Source of the DNA: Planctomicrobium piriforme
GTDB taxonomy: Bacteria > Planctomycetota > Planctomycetia > Pirellulales > UBA1268
Direction of reading: 5' to 3'
DNA length: 64,000 nt
Assembly (NCBI GenBank): GCA_945869735.1
Contig: CAMBPQ010000005.1
Coordinates: 6,733 to 70,732, forward strand
Every line of letters starts with the position of its first letter. Position 1 is the stretch's first letter. The position numbers and the translations under genes were made by a program. Shown piece by piece: positions 28,525 through 38,401 of this stretch. The notes beneath the pieces are model-generated. The model worked only from the letters and a program-made list of their open reading frames with translations. It ran no database searches and was not told the origin of the DNA.

Positions 28525-29715
28525 ATGCATGCGTCTTACGCCCGGTCCGCTGGTGTTTTGAGCGGACTGATGGTCGTCATCGTGATGCTATTGGCCGGCA
28601 TGCCGGCACTGGCCACGGAGCCACCGCGGGACTGGTCGGGCGTGGAACTGGCCTGGCAAAACGATCCCCGCGCCGCCTCGGATGCGGCGCTACCGGTCGA
28701 TCCGCAGCCAGCGCGGCGGCCGTCGCGGCGGGCCCAGCGCCGGGGCACTCGCCGCGGATTCCAGGAGTCGGCAATCGTGCCACAGCCCGGCCTGGAGAAC
28801 GGCACACGAGCGGACCAAGAGTCCGCGGCAGCGGACGGACTCGATTCGAGCGGCACGATCCTGATGCCGCTGGCGACGGCAGATGCGACGCGCGGCGTCG
28901 TTGTCCACCGCGATCAGCCCTACGGCGACGAGGGCCACCCCCGACAGCGGCTCGACGTTTACCTCCCGGACAACTGTAGTGGCGGCGGACTGCCACTGGT
29001 GATCTGGATTCATGGCCCTGACTGGAGAAACGGCACGAAGGCCGACTGCCCCATCGCCTGGCTGGCGAGGGAAGGCTATTCTGTGGCGAGCGTAGGCTAT
29101 CGCATGAGCGACGAGGCGATCCACCCGGCTCAACTTGACGACTGCCGCGCGGCCGTTGAATCGCTCGTCGCCGCCGCCGAGACGTGGAGCGTCGATCCGA
29201 CACGACTCTGCGTGGCAGGGCATGCCGCTGGCGGGCATCTCGCCGCACTCGTCGGCTTCGCACCTGCCGCGCGTGGGCCCGTGCGGGAGGCGGCGGAAGC
29301 AGGCGGTGTGCTTCCCTCCGGCCCCGCCGCCGTGGTCGTCATCGGGGCGCCCGTCAACCTCACCACCCTCGGAAGCACGCACGACCGCGCCGGTTCGCCC
29401 GCCAGCCGTCTGATCGGCGGCCCGCTTCAGGAGTTTCGCGAGGCGGCGCAGCGGGCCAGCCCCCTCGCCCACGTGTCCGCCGATGATCCGCCGACGCTGA
29501 TCGTGCACGGCGAGCACGATGAAGGTGTGCCCGTCAATCAAGCCGTGCTCCTTGATAAGACGCTCAGGGCCGCCGGCGTCGACAGTACGCTGGTGATCCT
29601 CGACGCTGAGACGGCACGGCCGGCCCTCGATCAGGGCTCGCCCGCCGGAACGGCGCTCCTTGAGTTCCTCGACCGGGTGATCGGCCCGGGCACCGCCCAG
29701 ACCACCCGCAAGTAG
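28525..29715 (+). CDS. secreted alpha/beta-hydrolase-fold protein, probably catalytically inactive
   Basis: Signal/TM segment LSGLMVVIVMLLAGMPALA. The esterase/lipase-type fold has HGPDW in place of HGGGW and GHAAGGHLA in place of GxSxG. Confidence 0.7.
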   Translation: MHASYARSAGVLSGLMVVIVMLLAGMPALATEPPRDWSGVELAWQNDPRAASDAALPVDPQPARRPSRRAQRRGTRRGFQESAIVPQPGLENGTRADQESAAADGLDSSGTILMPLATADATRGVVVHRDQPYGDEGHPRQRLDVYLPDNCSGGGLPLVIWIHGPDWRNGTKADCPIAWLAREGYSVASVGYRMSDEAIHPAQLDDCRAAVESLVAAAETWSVDPTRLCVAGHAAGGHLAALVGFAPAARGPVREAAEAGGVLPSGPAAVVVIGAPVNLTTLGSTHDRAGSPASRLIGGPLQEFREAAQRASPLAHVSADDPPTLIVHGEHDEGVPVNQAVLLDKTLRAAGVDSTLVILDAETARPALDQGSPAGTALLEFLDRVIGPGTAQTTRK

Positions 29716-29924
29716 CCGCGCCGCACGACCCGGAGGGTCGGCAGATGCGCTCCAGACGGTGCCGCACGCCCTGCCCGCCAAGTTTGTGCAGTTGTCGTGC
29801 CCTGCCGCCGATAGTTTCCCCTGTGCCGGACGCCTCCGGCACGGCAGCCCGCCGGCAGATTCCTGCCGTTTCGTGGCCGTCTCTTTCTCCACCGTCACCA
29901 TCAGACCACGGATCCGCACCCCCC

Positions 29925-30794
29925 ATGCCGTCGCCCCGTCGCAAGCCATCCGCCGCCGTGCAAAACCCACTCGAGACGTACCTCCGGGACATCAACGAGA
30001 CGGCGCTGCTCACCGCCGACGACGAGAAGCGGTTGGCGAGGGCGATCGCACAGGGGGATGCCCTCGCCCGTGACCACATGGTCCGGGCCAACCTCCGCCT
30101 CGTGGTCAACATCGCCCGAGGCTACGCCAATCGTGGCCTCCTCCTGCCCGACCTCATTGAGGAGGGCAACCTCGGACTGCTGCGAGCCGTCGAGGGCTTC
30201 GACCCCACGATGGGCACGCGGTTTAGCACCTACGCGAGCTACTGGATCAAGCAGTCGATCAAGCGGGCGCTGATCAACTCCGGGAAGACCATCCGGATTC
30301 CCGCTTACATGGTCGAACTACTCTCGAAGTGGCGTCGGGCCACCATGCGGCTCAGCGACGCACTGAGCCGTCCACCCACGCCGGAAGAAGTGGCACGGAG
30401 CCTCGGGCTCGCCCGCAAGAAACTGCCGATCATCGCGAAGGCGATTCACGTGCATCAGTCGACGCCGCAGACGGAGCCCGCGGAAGGTGGCTGGTCGCTG
30501 GGCGAACTCATCCGCGACGAGAATGCCCGCTGTCCAGCGGACGTCTTCCTCGACGAAGACACCCTGCGGCACGTGCTCAAGCGGATCGATGAACTCGACC
30601 AGCGGGCCGGGACGATCATCAAGCTCCGTTTCGGACTCACCGGATCCGAGCCGATGACGCTCAAAGAGATCGGCGTGGTGCTGGGCCTGACGCGGGAGCG
30701 GGTCCGCCAGATCGAATCAGAGACGCTCGCTAGCCTGGCCATGGAGATCGAAGGCGTGCCGCGGGCGAAGATCCGGTTGCGTCACGGCGCCTAA
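29925..30794 (+). CDS. RNA polymerase sigma factor, sigma-70 family (RpoD/RpoS-like, no region 1.1)
   Basis: LETYLRDINETALLTADDEKRLA, NLRLVVNIARGY, EEGNLGLLRAVEGFDP..G.RFSTYASYWIKQSI and region 4 LKEIGVVLGLTRERVRQIE. Confidence 0.85.
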   Translation: MPSPRRKPSAAVQNPLETYLRDINETALLTADDEKRLARAIAQGDALARDHMVRANLRLVVNIARGYANRGLLLPDLIEEGNLGLLRAVEGFDPTMGTRFSTYASYWIKQSIKRALINSGKTIRIPAYMVELLSKWRRATMRLSDALSRPPTPEEVARSLGLARKKLPIIAKAIHVHQSTPQTEPAEGGWSLGELIRDENARCPADVFLDEDTLRHVLKRIDELDQRAGTIIKLRFGLTGSEPMTLKEIGVVLGLTRERVRQIESETLASLAMEIEGVPRAKIRLRHGA

Positions 30795-30814
30795 CGCTGC
30801 ACACTGGCCGCACT

Positions 30815-31327
30815 ATGGACCTCGCCCGTCATATCCGTCCGATTCCCGACTTCCCGAAGCCGGGCATCCTGTTCCGCGACATCACCCCGCTGCTCGCCGA
30901 CGCCGATGCGTTTCGGGCGGCGATTGAAGCAATGGCCGAGCCGTGGCGGTCCGCAAGCGTCGAGGCCGTCGCCGCGGTCGAGGCCCGTGGCTTCCTGTTC
31001 GCTGGCCCCCTGGCGCTGGCACTGGGCGTGGGTGTGATCCCGGTGCGAAAGCCCGGCAAACTCCCCGCCGATACGATCTCGCATGAATATGAGCTGGAAT
31101 ACGGCCGCGATCGGCTGGAGATGCATCGGGGCGTGCTGCCGAGCGGTGCCGGCGTGCTGGTGGTGGATGACGTGCTGGCGACGGGCGGCACAGCGGCGGC
31201 CTGCATGAAACTCATCGCGGCAGGGGGTGGCCGTGTCATCGGCTGTTCGTTCCTGGTCGAAATCGCGCCGCTGGGCGGCCGTGAGCGGCTCGCGCCGCAT
31301 CGCATTGAAAGCGTGATCATCTACTGA
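30815..31327 (+). CDS. apt: adenine phosphoribosyltransferase
   Basis: IPDFPKPGILFRDITPLL and the PRPP motif VLVVDDVLATGGTA. Confidence 0.9.
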   Translation: MDLARHIRPIPDFPKPGILFRDITPLLADADAFRAAIEAMAEPWRSASVEAVAAVEARGFLFAGPLALALGVGVIPVRKPGKLPADTISHEYELEYGRDRLEMHRGVLPSGAGVLVVDDVLATGGTAAACMKLIAAGGGRVIGCSFLVEIAPLGGRERLAPHRIESVIIY

Positions 31328-32442
31328 TGCCGCCGCTCTCGCGCGTCGTCGTGGCCATGTCAGGGGGCGTCGATTCGAGCGTTGCAGCCGCGCTGTTGGT
31401 GGAGGCTGGCCACGACTGCGTCGGCGTCTTCATGCGGCATGCATCTCCCGCTCTGCCCGTCGGTGATCCAGCAAATCCGCTCGCGCTTTTACCTGCACGG
31501 CCGGGGCACCAGGGATGTTGCAGCCCGACAGACGCCCTCGACGCACGCCGGGTGGCCGACCGCCTCGGCATTCCGCTCTATGCCCTCGACCTCACGCCCG
31601 ACTTCGAGCGGATCATCGACGACTTTACAGCCGAGTATGGCCGCGGACGCACGCCGAATCCCTGCGTGCGGTGCAACTCCTGGGTGAAGTTTGGCCGGCT
31701 CTTCGAGCACGCCCACGCGATCGGCGCCTCGCACGTGGCCACCGGCCACTACGCCCGGGTCATGCAGGGGCCGAATGGTCCGCAGCTGAGCCGCGGCCGC
31801 GATCCCGCCCGCGACCAGTCGTACGTGCTCTTTGACATCCGACCCGACCGCCTGCGACGGATGCTCCTCCCCGTCGGCGACCTGCCCAAAACGGAGGTGC
31901 GGGAACGGGCGACGGCGCTGGGACTCGTCACGGCCGACAAGCCCGACAGCCAGGAAATCTGCTTCGTCGCTCCGGGGGAGCACGCCCGTCTTGTGGCCCA
32001 CCGCCTCGGAGGGTCGCGAGCTGGCGAGATCGTCGACATCTCTGGCTGCGTGCTGGGGCGCCATGCCGGCATCGAGCACTTTACCGTCGGCCAGCGGCAG
32101 GGGCTCGGCATTGCAGTGGGCGTGCCGCTGCATGTGGTCCGGATCGAAGCCGACACCTGCCGGATCGTCGTCGGCCAGCGGACGGACGTGCCCGAGCACG
32201 AGCTCACGGCAGCGGCGGCGTCCTGGCTCTCCGAACCGCCCACGGAGCCTTTCGAGTGCCTGGTGCAGTGCCGCGCACAGCGGGCGGCGTCTGAGGCCGT
32301 GGTCACGCCGCTCGCAGGCAACCGATTCACCGCCCGGTTCACAGGCGGCGCAGACCGCTCGCCGGGGCCCATCTCCCCGGGCCAGCCGGCGGTCTGCTAC
32401 GCCGGCGACCGACTCCTCGGAGGCGGCTGGATCGTGGAGTAG
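31327..32442 (+). CDS. mnmA: tRNA 2-thiouridine(34) synthase
   Basis: PP-loop VAMSGGVDSSVAA, PNPCVRCN, ATGHYAR and DQSYVL. Confidence 0.9.
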   Translation: MPPLSRVVVAMSGGVDSSVAAALLVEAGHDCVGVFMRHASPALPVGDPANPLALLPARPGHQGCCSPTDALDARRVADRLGIPLYALDLTPDFERIIDDFTAEYGRGRTPNPCVRCNSWVKFGRLFEHAHAIGASHVATGHYARVMQGPNGPQLSRGRDPARDQSYVLFDIRPDRLRRMLLPVGDLPKTEVRERATALGLVTADKPDSQEICFVAPGEHARLVAHRLGGSRAGEIVDISGCVLGRHAGIEHFTVGQRQGLGIAVGVPLHVVRIEADTCRIVVGQRTDVPEHELTAAAASWLSEPPTEPFECLVQCRAQRAASEAVVTPLAGNRFTARFTGGADRSPGPISPGQPAVCYAGDRLLGGGWIVE

Positions 32443-32514
32443 TGGTGGGTTTTTCCCGGCCGAAACCGCTGCTTTGCCCCTGCCGGCGGGCGAACTAGTC
32501 TTGAGAGCTCGGGA

Positions 32515-33504
32515 TTGTCCCCGCAAACTCGTGCCCGGAGACCGCTTGTGAACGATCAGCCTGCTGCACTATCCACCGAAATGCTCGCGGGCGCCGCGGT
32601 CATCCTCGGGCTCGTCGCCCTGACGATGCTCCTGCTTATCTTCAATTACGGACAGCTCTGGTTCCAGGCCTACTGGTCGAAGGCGCCGGTGACATTTCTC
32701 GAGCTCCTCGGCATGAGTCTCCGCAAGGTCAACGCGCGGACGATCGTCCAAGCCCAGATCATGGCGACGCAAGCCGGTCTGGGCGACGACATCACGCCAC
32801 GCCGGCTCGAGGCCCACTCCCTCGCCGGCGGCGACGTGCCCCGGGTGACCCGAGCCCTGATCGCCGCCCAGCGGGCCGACCTCGACCTCGACTTCGACCG
32901 CGCCTGTGCGATCGACCTCGCCGGCCGCGACGTTCTCGACGCCGTGCAGACGAGCGTGAATCCCAAGGTCATCGACTGCCCCGATATTGCCAGCGGTAAG
33001 ACGACGCTCTCGGCGGTGGCCAGAAACGGCGTGGAGCTCAAAATCCGGGCGCGGGTCACCGTCCGGACAAACCTCAAGCAGCTCATCGGCGGCGCCACCG
33101 AGGAGACAATCATCGCTCGCGTCGGCGAGGGTATCATCACCTCGATCGGATCCGCCGAGAGCCACTTCGAGGTGATGGAGCATCCCGACAAGATTTCAAA
33201 GGCGGTGCTCCAGCGGGGCCTCGACGCACAGACCGCCTTCCAGATCGTATCGATCGACATCGCCGACATCGAGGTGGGCGAGAACATCGGCGCGCGGCTG
33301 CAGGCCGATCAGGCCGAGGCCGACACCCGCGTGGCCCGTGCCAAGGCGGAGGAGCGCCGCAGCGTCGCGATCGCCCGGGAGCAGGAGATGAAGGCCTCCA
33401 CCGCGGAAAACCGTGCCCGCCTACTCGAAGCCGAGTCACTCGTCCCGAAGAGCATCGGCGAAGCCTTTCGGGCGGGGCGGGTGGCTGGCCACCAGCAGGC
33501 ATAG
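32515..33504 (+). CDS. floA: flotillin-like protein FloA (UPF0365/YqfA family)
   Basis: [29 protein letters not shown], the SPFH-like core and the C-terminal coiled [19 protein letters not shown]. The start could instead be the internal Met near 32581. Confidence 0.8.
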   Translation: MSPQTRARRPLVNDQPAALSTEMLAGAAVILGLVALTMLLLIFNYGQLWFQAYWSKAPVTFLELLGMSLRKVNARTIVQAQIMATQAGLGDDITPRRLEAHSLAGGDVPRVTRALIAAQRADLDLDFDRACAIDLAGRDVLDAVQTSVNPKVIDCPDIASGKTTLSAVARNGVELKIRARVTVRTNLKQLIGGATEETIIARVGEGIITSIGSAESHFEVMEHPDKISKAVLQRGLDAQTAFQIVSIDIADIEVGENIGARLQADQAEADTRVARAKAEERRSVAIAREQEMKASTAENRARLLEAESLVPKSIGEAFRAGRVAGHQQA

Positions 33505-33510
33505 CATCAA

Positions 33511-33644
33511 GCCTAAGGTTCTCGAGCGCATCTACCTTTGGGGGGTCGGCGAACGCTCGAAGAGCCTTGGGCGTATCCTCGCCCCGGCGACGAGACTGTT
33601 GCCGCCCCCGAGCCGACGATATCCGGAAGTCGAATGCGTTCCAG
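33511..33644 (+). repeat. family-A dispersed repeat, copy 4
   Basis: GCCTAAGGT...GGGGGTCGGCGAACGCTCGAAGAGCCTTGGGCGTATCCTCGCCCCGGCGACGAGACTGTTGCCGCCCCCGAGCCGACGATATCCGGAAGTCGAATGCG. Confidence 0.85.
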
Positions 33645-33833
33645 TCTTCCACATCGCGTCAGGTTGACCAGTCTTCCTACCCTTCCATTCGGCACAGTCC
33701 GGGAAATGAGTCAAACCCTGACGGCACCGTCTGCCGATGAAAAGATTGTGGAGACGGTGAACGTCAGGATGACGGCCGGGCCGGTTGGCCCAGCCCGCCG
33801 CTCCGCAAGGCCCACGGCAAGGGAGCGTGCCCC

Positions 33834-34079
33834 ATGGCGATGCGTCAGTTGCGTGTCTACGCTGAACCAGACCTGAATCTCCGGGACTTCGCGGCGGTCG
33901 AGGCCACTTCCGACTCTGGCGTGCGGGTGTCGCTCGGCGAAGTGCTGCCGCTTTTGCAGGATGCGATGGCCAGCAATCGCACCTGGCTCGCCGATTTCGC
34001 CGATGACGAAATCACGATCACGTCCGACCTGCATGACGTGCTCCAGGCCTACCGCCATTTCCGGCGGCCCGGCGCCTGA
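33834..34079 (+). CDS. small hypothetical protein
   Basis: 81-aa ORF upstream of the XRE/cupin regulator, with acceptable codon usage and no motif I recognise. A competing short ORF (33706-33876) overlaps its start. Confidence 0.3.
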   Translation: MAMRQLRVYAEPDLNLRDFAAVEATSDSGVRVSLGEVLPLLQDAMASNRTWLADFADDEITITSDLHDVLQAYRHFRRPGA

Positions 34080-34205
34080 GTTGCTCCCCAGCATGGAGGG
34101 TCTCGGCGGGGAGCCACGGGGGTCGGGACTCGCCCGGTCACATGCCGGCTGGATGAAAAGACCCCTCTTGCGAGCGACCTCTTTCGGGGCCATACTTTTC
34201 GGCCC

Positions 34206-34832
34206 ATGACAAGCACCGTGAATCTTGCCGATCTGGGCCGCTGCGTGAAGGCGGTTCGCCTTGCCAACCGCATGACCCTCGATGAGGTCGTCGCGCAAAC
34301 GGGCTTTACCGTCAGTTGGCTTTCCAAACTCGAGAACGGGCAACTTTCGCCGTCACTCGAAGGACTCGTGCGGCTCGCCGACGCCTTACAGTGCGGCGTC
34401 GATAGCCTCGTCGAGGGGCTCTCGGTGCCGCCGCGGTTTGTGACGGTGAAAAAGGGATCTGGCCGCCTCGACGGCGGACGGAATGGGAAGCCAGGACCTG
34501 TCGCCGAACAACTTGCCGACGGCTGGCATGCCCGAGCAATGGATCCGGAAATCCTCCACCTCCCGCGTTCCGTGACCAGGCTCCGTCCGGAGAACCATCG
34601 AGGCGAGCGGTTTCTGATGGTGCTCGAGGGCGATGTGAAAATCACCTATGGCGACGACCTGATCCACCTCGCGCCGGGAGACAGCCTGTATCTCTGCGCG
34701 ACTGTGCCTCACGCTATCACGGCGGCCGGACGGGGGCCCGCCAAGGTGCTCAGCGTGTCGTGTGAGACGTCCCCAAATGGCCATGCCCAAAATGGAAGAG
34801 CCGCGAAGGCGTCGCGGTCAGCGGACCGCTGA
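34206..34832 (+). CDS. XRE-family HTH transcriptional regulator with C-terminal cupin domain
   Basis: The HTH is MTLDEVVAQTGFTVSWLSKLENGQLSPSLEGLVRLADAL. The cupin part is FLMVLEGDVKITYGDDLIHLAPGDSLY. Confidence 0.8.
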   Translation: MTSTVNLADLGRCVKAVRLANRMTLDEVVAQTGFTVSWLSKLENGQLSPSLEGLVRLADALQCGVDSLVEGLSVPPRFVTVKKGSGRLDGGRNGKPGPVAEQLADGWHARAMDPEILHLPRSVTRLRPENHRGERFLMVLEGDVKITYGDDLIHLAPGDSLYLCATVPHAITAAGRGPAKVLSVSCETSPNGHAQNGRAAKASRSADR

Positions 34833-34853
34833 GTCTCGCAACGTCTGGGCATC

Positions 34854-35402
34854 TCATCCATCAACGGGATCGACGGGGCTCGGCAGGATCAACTGCCAAA
34901 ACTCGAGATCGAGCCAGCGGCCGAACTTGAATCCCGCCTCGCGGACCGTCCCGCAGCAGCGAAAGCCGAGGGAACTATGGAGGGCGACGCTCGCCACATT
35001 GGTGGCGTCGATCCCGGCAATAAGCATGTGGATATCATGCTTCTCGGCCTCGACGACGATGGCCTGGAGCAGTTGCTTTCCGATGCCTCCGCCTCGAAAT
35101 CGCTCGTCGACATAGACCGAATGCTCCGCCGAGTACTTGTAGGCGGCCCGCGGACGAAATGGGCCCCAGGTGGCGAAGCCGGCGAGCAGGCCCGGCTCCC
35201 ATTCGATGCCGAGCACAGGAATCTCGTCGCGCTGTCGCTGCTCGAACCACTCCCGCATCACTTCCTCCGAACGTGGCGTGTATTCGTAGAGGGAGGTCGA
35301 GTGGAGGATCGCATCGTTGTAGATCGTCTGAATTGTAGGCAGATGGGCCGCCGTGCAACTGATGATGGCGCGGCGCGGCGGCGGGAGCTTGTGGCGGGGC
35401 AT
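34854..35402 (-). CDS. GNAT N-acetyltransferase (phosphinothricin acetyltransferase-like)
   Basis: YEYTPRSEEVMREWF, AYKYSAEHSVYV, RGGGIGKQLL and GFKFGRWLDLEFWQL. Start 35402 avoids overlap with actP. Confidence 0.85.
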   Translation of the reverse strand: MPRHKLPPPRRAIISCTAAHLPTIQTIYNDAILHSTSLYEYTPRSEEVMREWFEQRQRDEIPVLGIEWEPGLLAGFATWGPFRPRAAYKYSAEHSVYVDERFRGGGIGKQLLQAIVVEAEKHDIHMLIAGIDATNVASVALHSSLGFRCCGTVREAGFKFGRWLDLEFWQLILPSPVDPVDG

Positions 35403-35409
35403 CGGAGCA

Positions 35410-37155
35410 CTAGCGGCGAAGAGAGGCGGGAGCGGGGGTGAGCAACGAGACGACGACGAGCGTGAGAAATCCAAGCGGGATGGTGATGAGCGCGGGCTGG
35501 CTGAAGGGCGTCAACGCCAAGTCGCGGGACAATCCGTAGACCTTCTCGAAGGTGTCGGCAGACAGCAGGATCCAGGTCAGCGACGCCAGCATACCCACCG
35601 TGACCGCGGCCACGATCCCCTGCCGCGTCGTCCGTGGCCAGAAGAGCAGCATCACGAGCGCCGGCAGGTTGGCGCTCGCCGCGATGTTGAACGCCCAGCC
35701 CACCAAGAAACTAACGTTGAAGTTCCTGAACAGGATGCCAAGGACCATCGCCACCATCCCCAGCCCCACGGCAGCGAGCTTTCCGCAGCGAATCTTCTCG
35801 TGGTCTGTCATACGGACACCGCACACGTTCTCGACGAGATCGTGGGCCACGGCGCCGCTGCCAGCCATAATCAGCCCGCTGACGGTGCCCAGCACGGTCG
35901 TGAACGCGATCGCCGAAATGATCGCGAACAGCGTCTCGTTGAACGTCTTGGCCAATAACGGGGCCGCCATGTTGGTGTCGGTCGGATCGAGGGCCCCCGA
36001 CGTCATCGCGCCGAGGCCAAGGTAGAGCGTGAGCACGTAGAACACACCAATGACCGCGATCCCCACGACGGTGCTCTTGCGGGCGGCAGCGGCATCCTTA
36101 ACGGTGTAGTAGCGAATGAGAATGTGGGGCAGCGATGCCGTGCCGCAAAAAAGCGCAAGCATCAGGCTCACGAAGTCGAGCCGGTCGGGGAGGTTTCCCG
36201 AGGCCAACCCCTTGAAGAAGCCGCCGGGCTTGAGCAGTTCCGTCCCGGGCCGCTCCACGGGCGTGTAGGTCGTATGCACGCCTTCGGAGTCGGCATGCTT
36301 CTTCGTGGCCCAGGTCACGATCGTCGAGTCCTCGAGGGTCGCAAGGTAGGCGAGGGGCCCGAGCGGCCCGGTCGATTCCTGCCCCGCGAACCGCTCCGGT
36401 AGCCGGATGATCGTGCCGACGGGCCGGAGGTCGTGATCCCGCGACTGCGGCTGGCCATCGACCAGCACCGTACCGTCGGGGCGGACGGTACGGATCTGCG
36501 GCGTGAGGTTTTCCGATCCCTCGCGGCCGGCGTTCACGGCGAGCCCCCGGCCGAGGATCAGCACCGTGAGCACGCCGCAGAAGAAGACCAGCAGCGATCC
36601 CTTGATGAACTGCACCCAGGTGGTCGAGACCATGCCGGCCGTGACCACGATCAGGGTCACCGTCACCCCCACCAGGATCACCCCTGCCTCGTGGGGCAGG
36701 CCGAGGAGAGGCTTGATGAGCGACCCAGCCCCGACCATCTGGGGGATCAGGTAGAAGACGCTCACGACCAGCGTGGAGATGGCGACGGACAGTTTAATGC
36801 CCCGGCTGTTGAAGCGGCTGTCGAGTGCGTCGGCAAACGTGAACTTCCCGAGCGCCTTGATCGGCTCAGCGATCACGAACAGCGCTACCACCCAGCCGGC
36901 GAGAAACCCGATCGAATAAAGAAAGCCGTCGTAGCCCGAGAAGGCGATCATCCCGCAGATGCCGAGGAACGAGGCGGCTGACAGGTAGTCGCCAGCGAAC
37001 GCGATCCCGTTGACGAACCAGTGAATCTGTCCGTGGGCGGCGTAGTAGCCGCTGGCCGACTGGCCCTTCCGCCCCAGGAAGAACGACAGACCGATCACGC
37101 CCAGGACGAAGGTGGCGAAGATCGTGACCGCGGCAATCGATGTTTCATGAAGCAT
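35410..37155 (-). CDS. actP: cation/acetate symporter (SSS family)
   Basis: 581-aa polytopic protein with the N-terminal pattern GYYAAHGQIHWFVNGIAFAGDYLSAASFLG. It is preceded by a DUF485 gene, as in yjcH-actP operons. Confidence 0.8.
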   Translation of the reverse strand: MLHETSIAAVTIFATFVLGVIGLSFFLGRKGQSASGYYAAHGQIHWFVNGIAFAGDYLSAASFLGICGMIAFSGYDGFLYSIGFLAGWVVALFVIAEPIKALGKFTFADALDSRFNSRGIKLSVAISTLVVSVFYLIPQMVGAGSLIKPLLGLPHEAGVILVGVTVTLIVVTAGMVSTTWVQFIKGSLLVFFCGVLTVLILGRGLAVNAGREGSENLTPQIRTVRPDGTVLVDGQPQSRDHDLRPVGTIIRLPERFAGQESTGPLGPLAYLATLEDSTIVTWATKKHADSEGVHTTYTPVERPGTELLKPGGFFKGLASGNLPDRLDFVSLMLALFCGTASLPHILIRYYTVKDAAAARKSTVVGIAVIGVFYVLTLYLGLGAMTSGALDPTDTNMAAPLLAKTFNETLFAIISAIAFTTVLGTVSGLIMAGSGAVAHDLVENVCGVRMTDHEKIRCGKLAAVGLGMVAMVLGILFRNFNVSFLVGWAFNIAASANLPALVMLLFWPRTTRQGIVAAVTVGMLASLTWILLSADTFEKVYGLSRDLALTPFSQPALITIPLGFLTLVVVSLLTPAPASLRR

Positions 37156-37180
37156 GGCACTGCCCGCGAAGGGCCTCCCG

Positions 37181-37426
37181 TCAGCGGCCGGATCGCAGGA
37201 CCATGTAGGCGACCGCCAGTACGAACGCAGCGGCGATAAGGCCCATGCCGTAGACGATCGCGAGGTTCACGCCAAAAAACGGCCGCAGCGACAGGAGGTC
37301 GGGCCGCACGAGCACCAGCCCCATGAAGCCGATGTAGAGCAGCACATACACCCAGAAGAGCGCGAGCCCCAGCCCGCTCGCCGGCGGTGATCCTGGCGAT
37401 TGATGGTGCTGTTGCGATTCCGACAT
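37181..37426 (-). CDS. DUF485 (YjcH-like) small inner-membrane protein
   Basis: Two TM helices (LALFWVYVLLYIGFMGLVLV and LAIVYGMGLIAAAFVLAVAYMVL), directly upstream of actP. The Met at 37426 was chosen within the longer track ORF. Confidence 0.7.
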   Translation of the reverse strand: MSESQQHHQSPGSPPASGLGLALFWVYVLLYIGFMGLVLVRPDLLSLRPFFGVNLAIVYGMGLIAAAFVLAVAYMVLRSGR

Positions 37427-37557
37427 GGGCGCCCCCGGAAGGTCATCCGTTCGCCGCGCGATGGCACCGCGCGAGGCCGGCACAGGATACACCGGCGGGC
37501 CACGAGAACACGGGTGGTTCAGGGAGCCGCGGGTCAGAATGCCGCGTTGTCCTTTTT

Positions 37558-38260
37558 TTACCAGCAGGAGCGGCCTGCTCCGCGACCGGAAAGAGCAGTC
37601 GCGGCTCGGGAACATTGCCTGTAAGCCGGCGGGCGGACGCCCCTGGGCCACAGAGTGCGGCCGTCGATCATGGGCTTGGCCGACAGCTTCCCGCCAGCGA
37701 GCTGCACGAACGTCGGCAGCAGGTCGACCGTTCCGGCCATGGTGTCACACACGCTTGCCGCGGCGATGCGGCCGGGCCACCAGGCGATCGTGGGCACGCG
37801 CACGCCTCCTTCCCAGGTGCTTCCCTTGGAGCCCCGCAACGGGACCGCGCTGCCTCCATCGGTCCCGTTCGTCGCGCCAGAGCGGCACCACCCGTTCACC
37901 CGTAGCAGCCGATGGACGCTGCATGTCGTTGGAATACGGGATTCCGAAATAGTGGTCGAAGCCCTGCCTGGTCGGCAGGAACTCCGGCTGGTCGCCGAGG
38001 TGCCACTTGCCGACGCAGGCAGTGGCGTAGCCCTCGGCCCGCAGGCCATGAAGCCTTCCGGAGTGATAATCCTTTCCCCTCACGAACATCAGCCCCACCG
38101 TATTGGTCCCGGAAGGCAACCGTAAACGGGTGTTCCGCAGGACGGTCGAGGTTCGGCGTCGAGAGTACGGGAATCCCGTGGGCTGCGATGTCGCCGTAGC
38201 TCTGGTCGTCGGTCATCACATAGATGATGTTGGGTCGCCTGCGGGAGGTCCGGCGGGCCG
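37558..38260 (-). pseudogene. frameshifted, shortened sulfatase relic
   Basis: Sulfatase-like segments lie in three different minus-strand frames: [25 protein letters not shown] (N-terminal), [37 protein letters not shown] (middle) and [23 protein letters not shown]...VDLLPTFVQLAG (C-terminal). The total span is about half a normal sulfatase, and no CxPxR motif or signal peptide remains. Confidence 0.7.
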
Positions 38261-38272
38261 AAGCGGCCCAAT

Positions 38273-38318
38273 GCTCCTCGAGCGTTCGCCGACCCCCTTG
38301 CCTCCCTCACTCAGTTCA
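38273..38318 (-). repeat. family-A repeat, truncated copy 5
   Basis: GCTCCTCGAGCGTTCGCCGACCCCCTTGCCTCC, directly at the 5' edge of the sulfatase relic. Confidence 0.6.
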
Positions 38319-38401
38319 CCAACTCGTCGCTCCATCGATCCAAGCATCGCTATCCCAGAATCGCTCGAGCGGTCGGTCGGGGTGCCGGCCGCACGGAGTC
38401 A

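Noticed and set aside
33706-33876. A short ORF (MSQTLTAPSADEKIVETVNV...) that might be an N-terminal part of the 81-aa ORF at 33834, joined by a frameshift.
   Set aside because: There is no recognisable homology in either piece, and the C-terminal half of the short ORF is Arg/Pro-rich shadow-like sequence. I cannot support a frameshift claim from the sequence alone.
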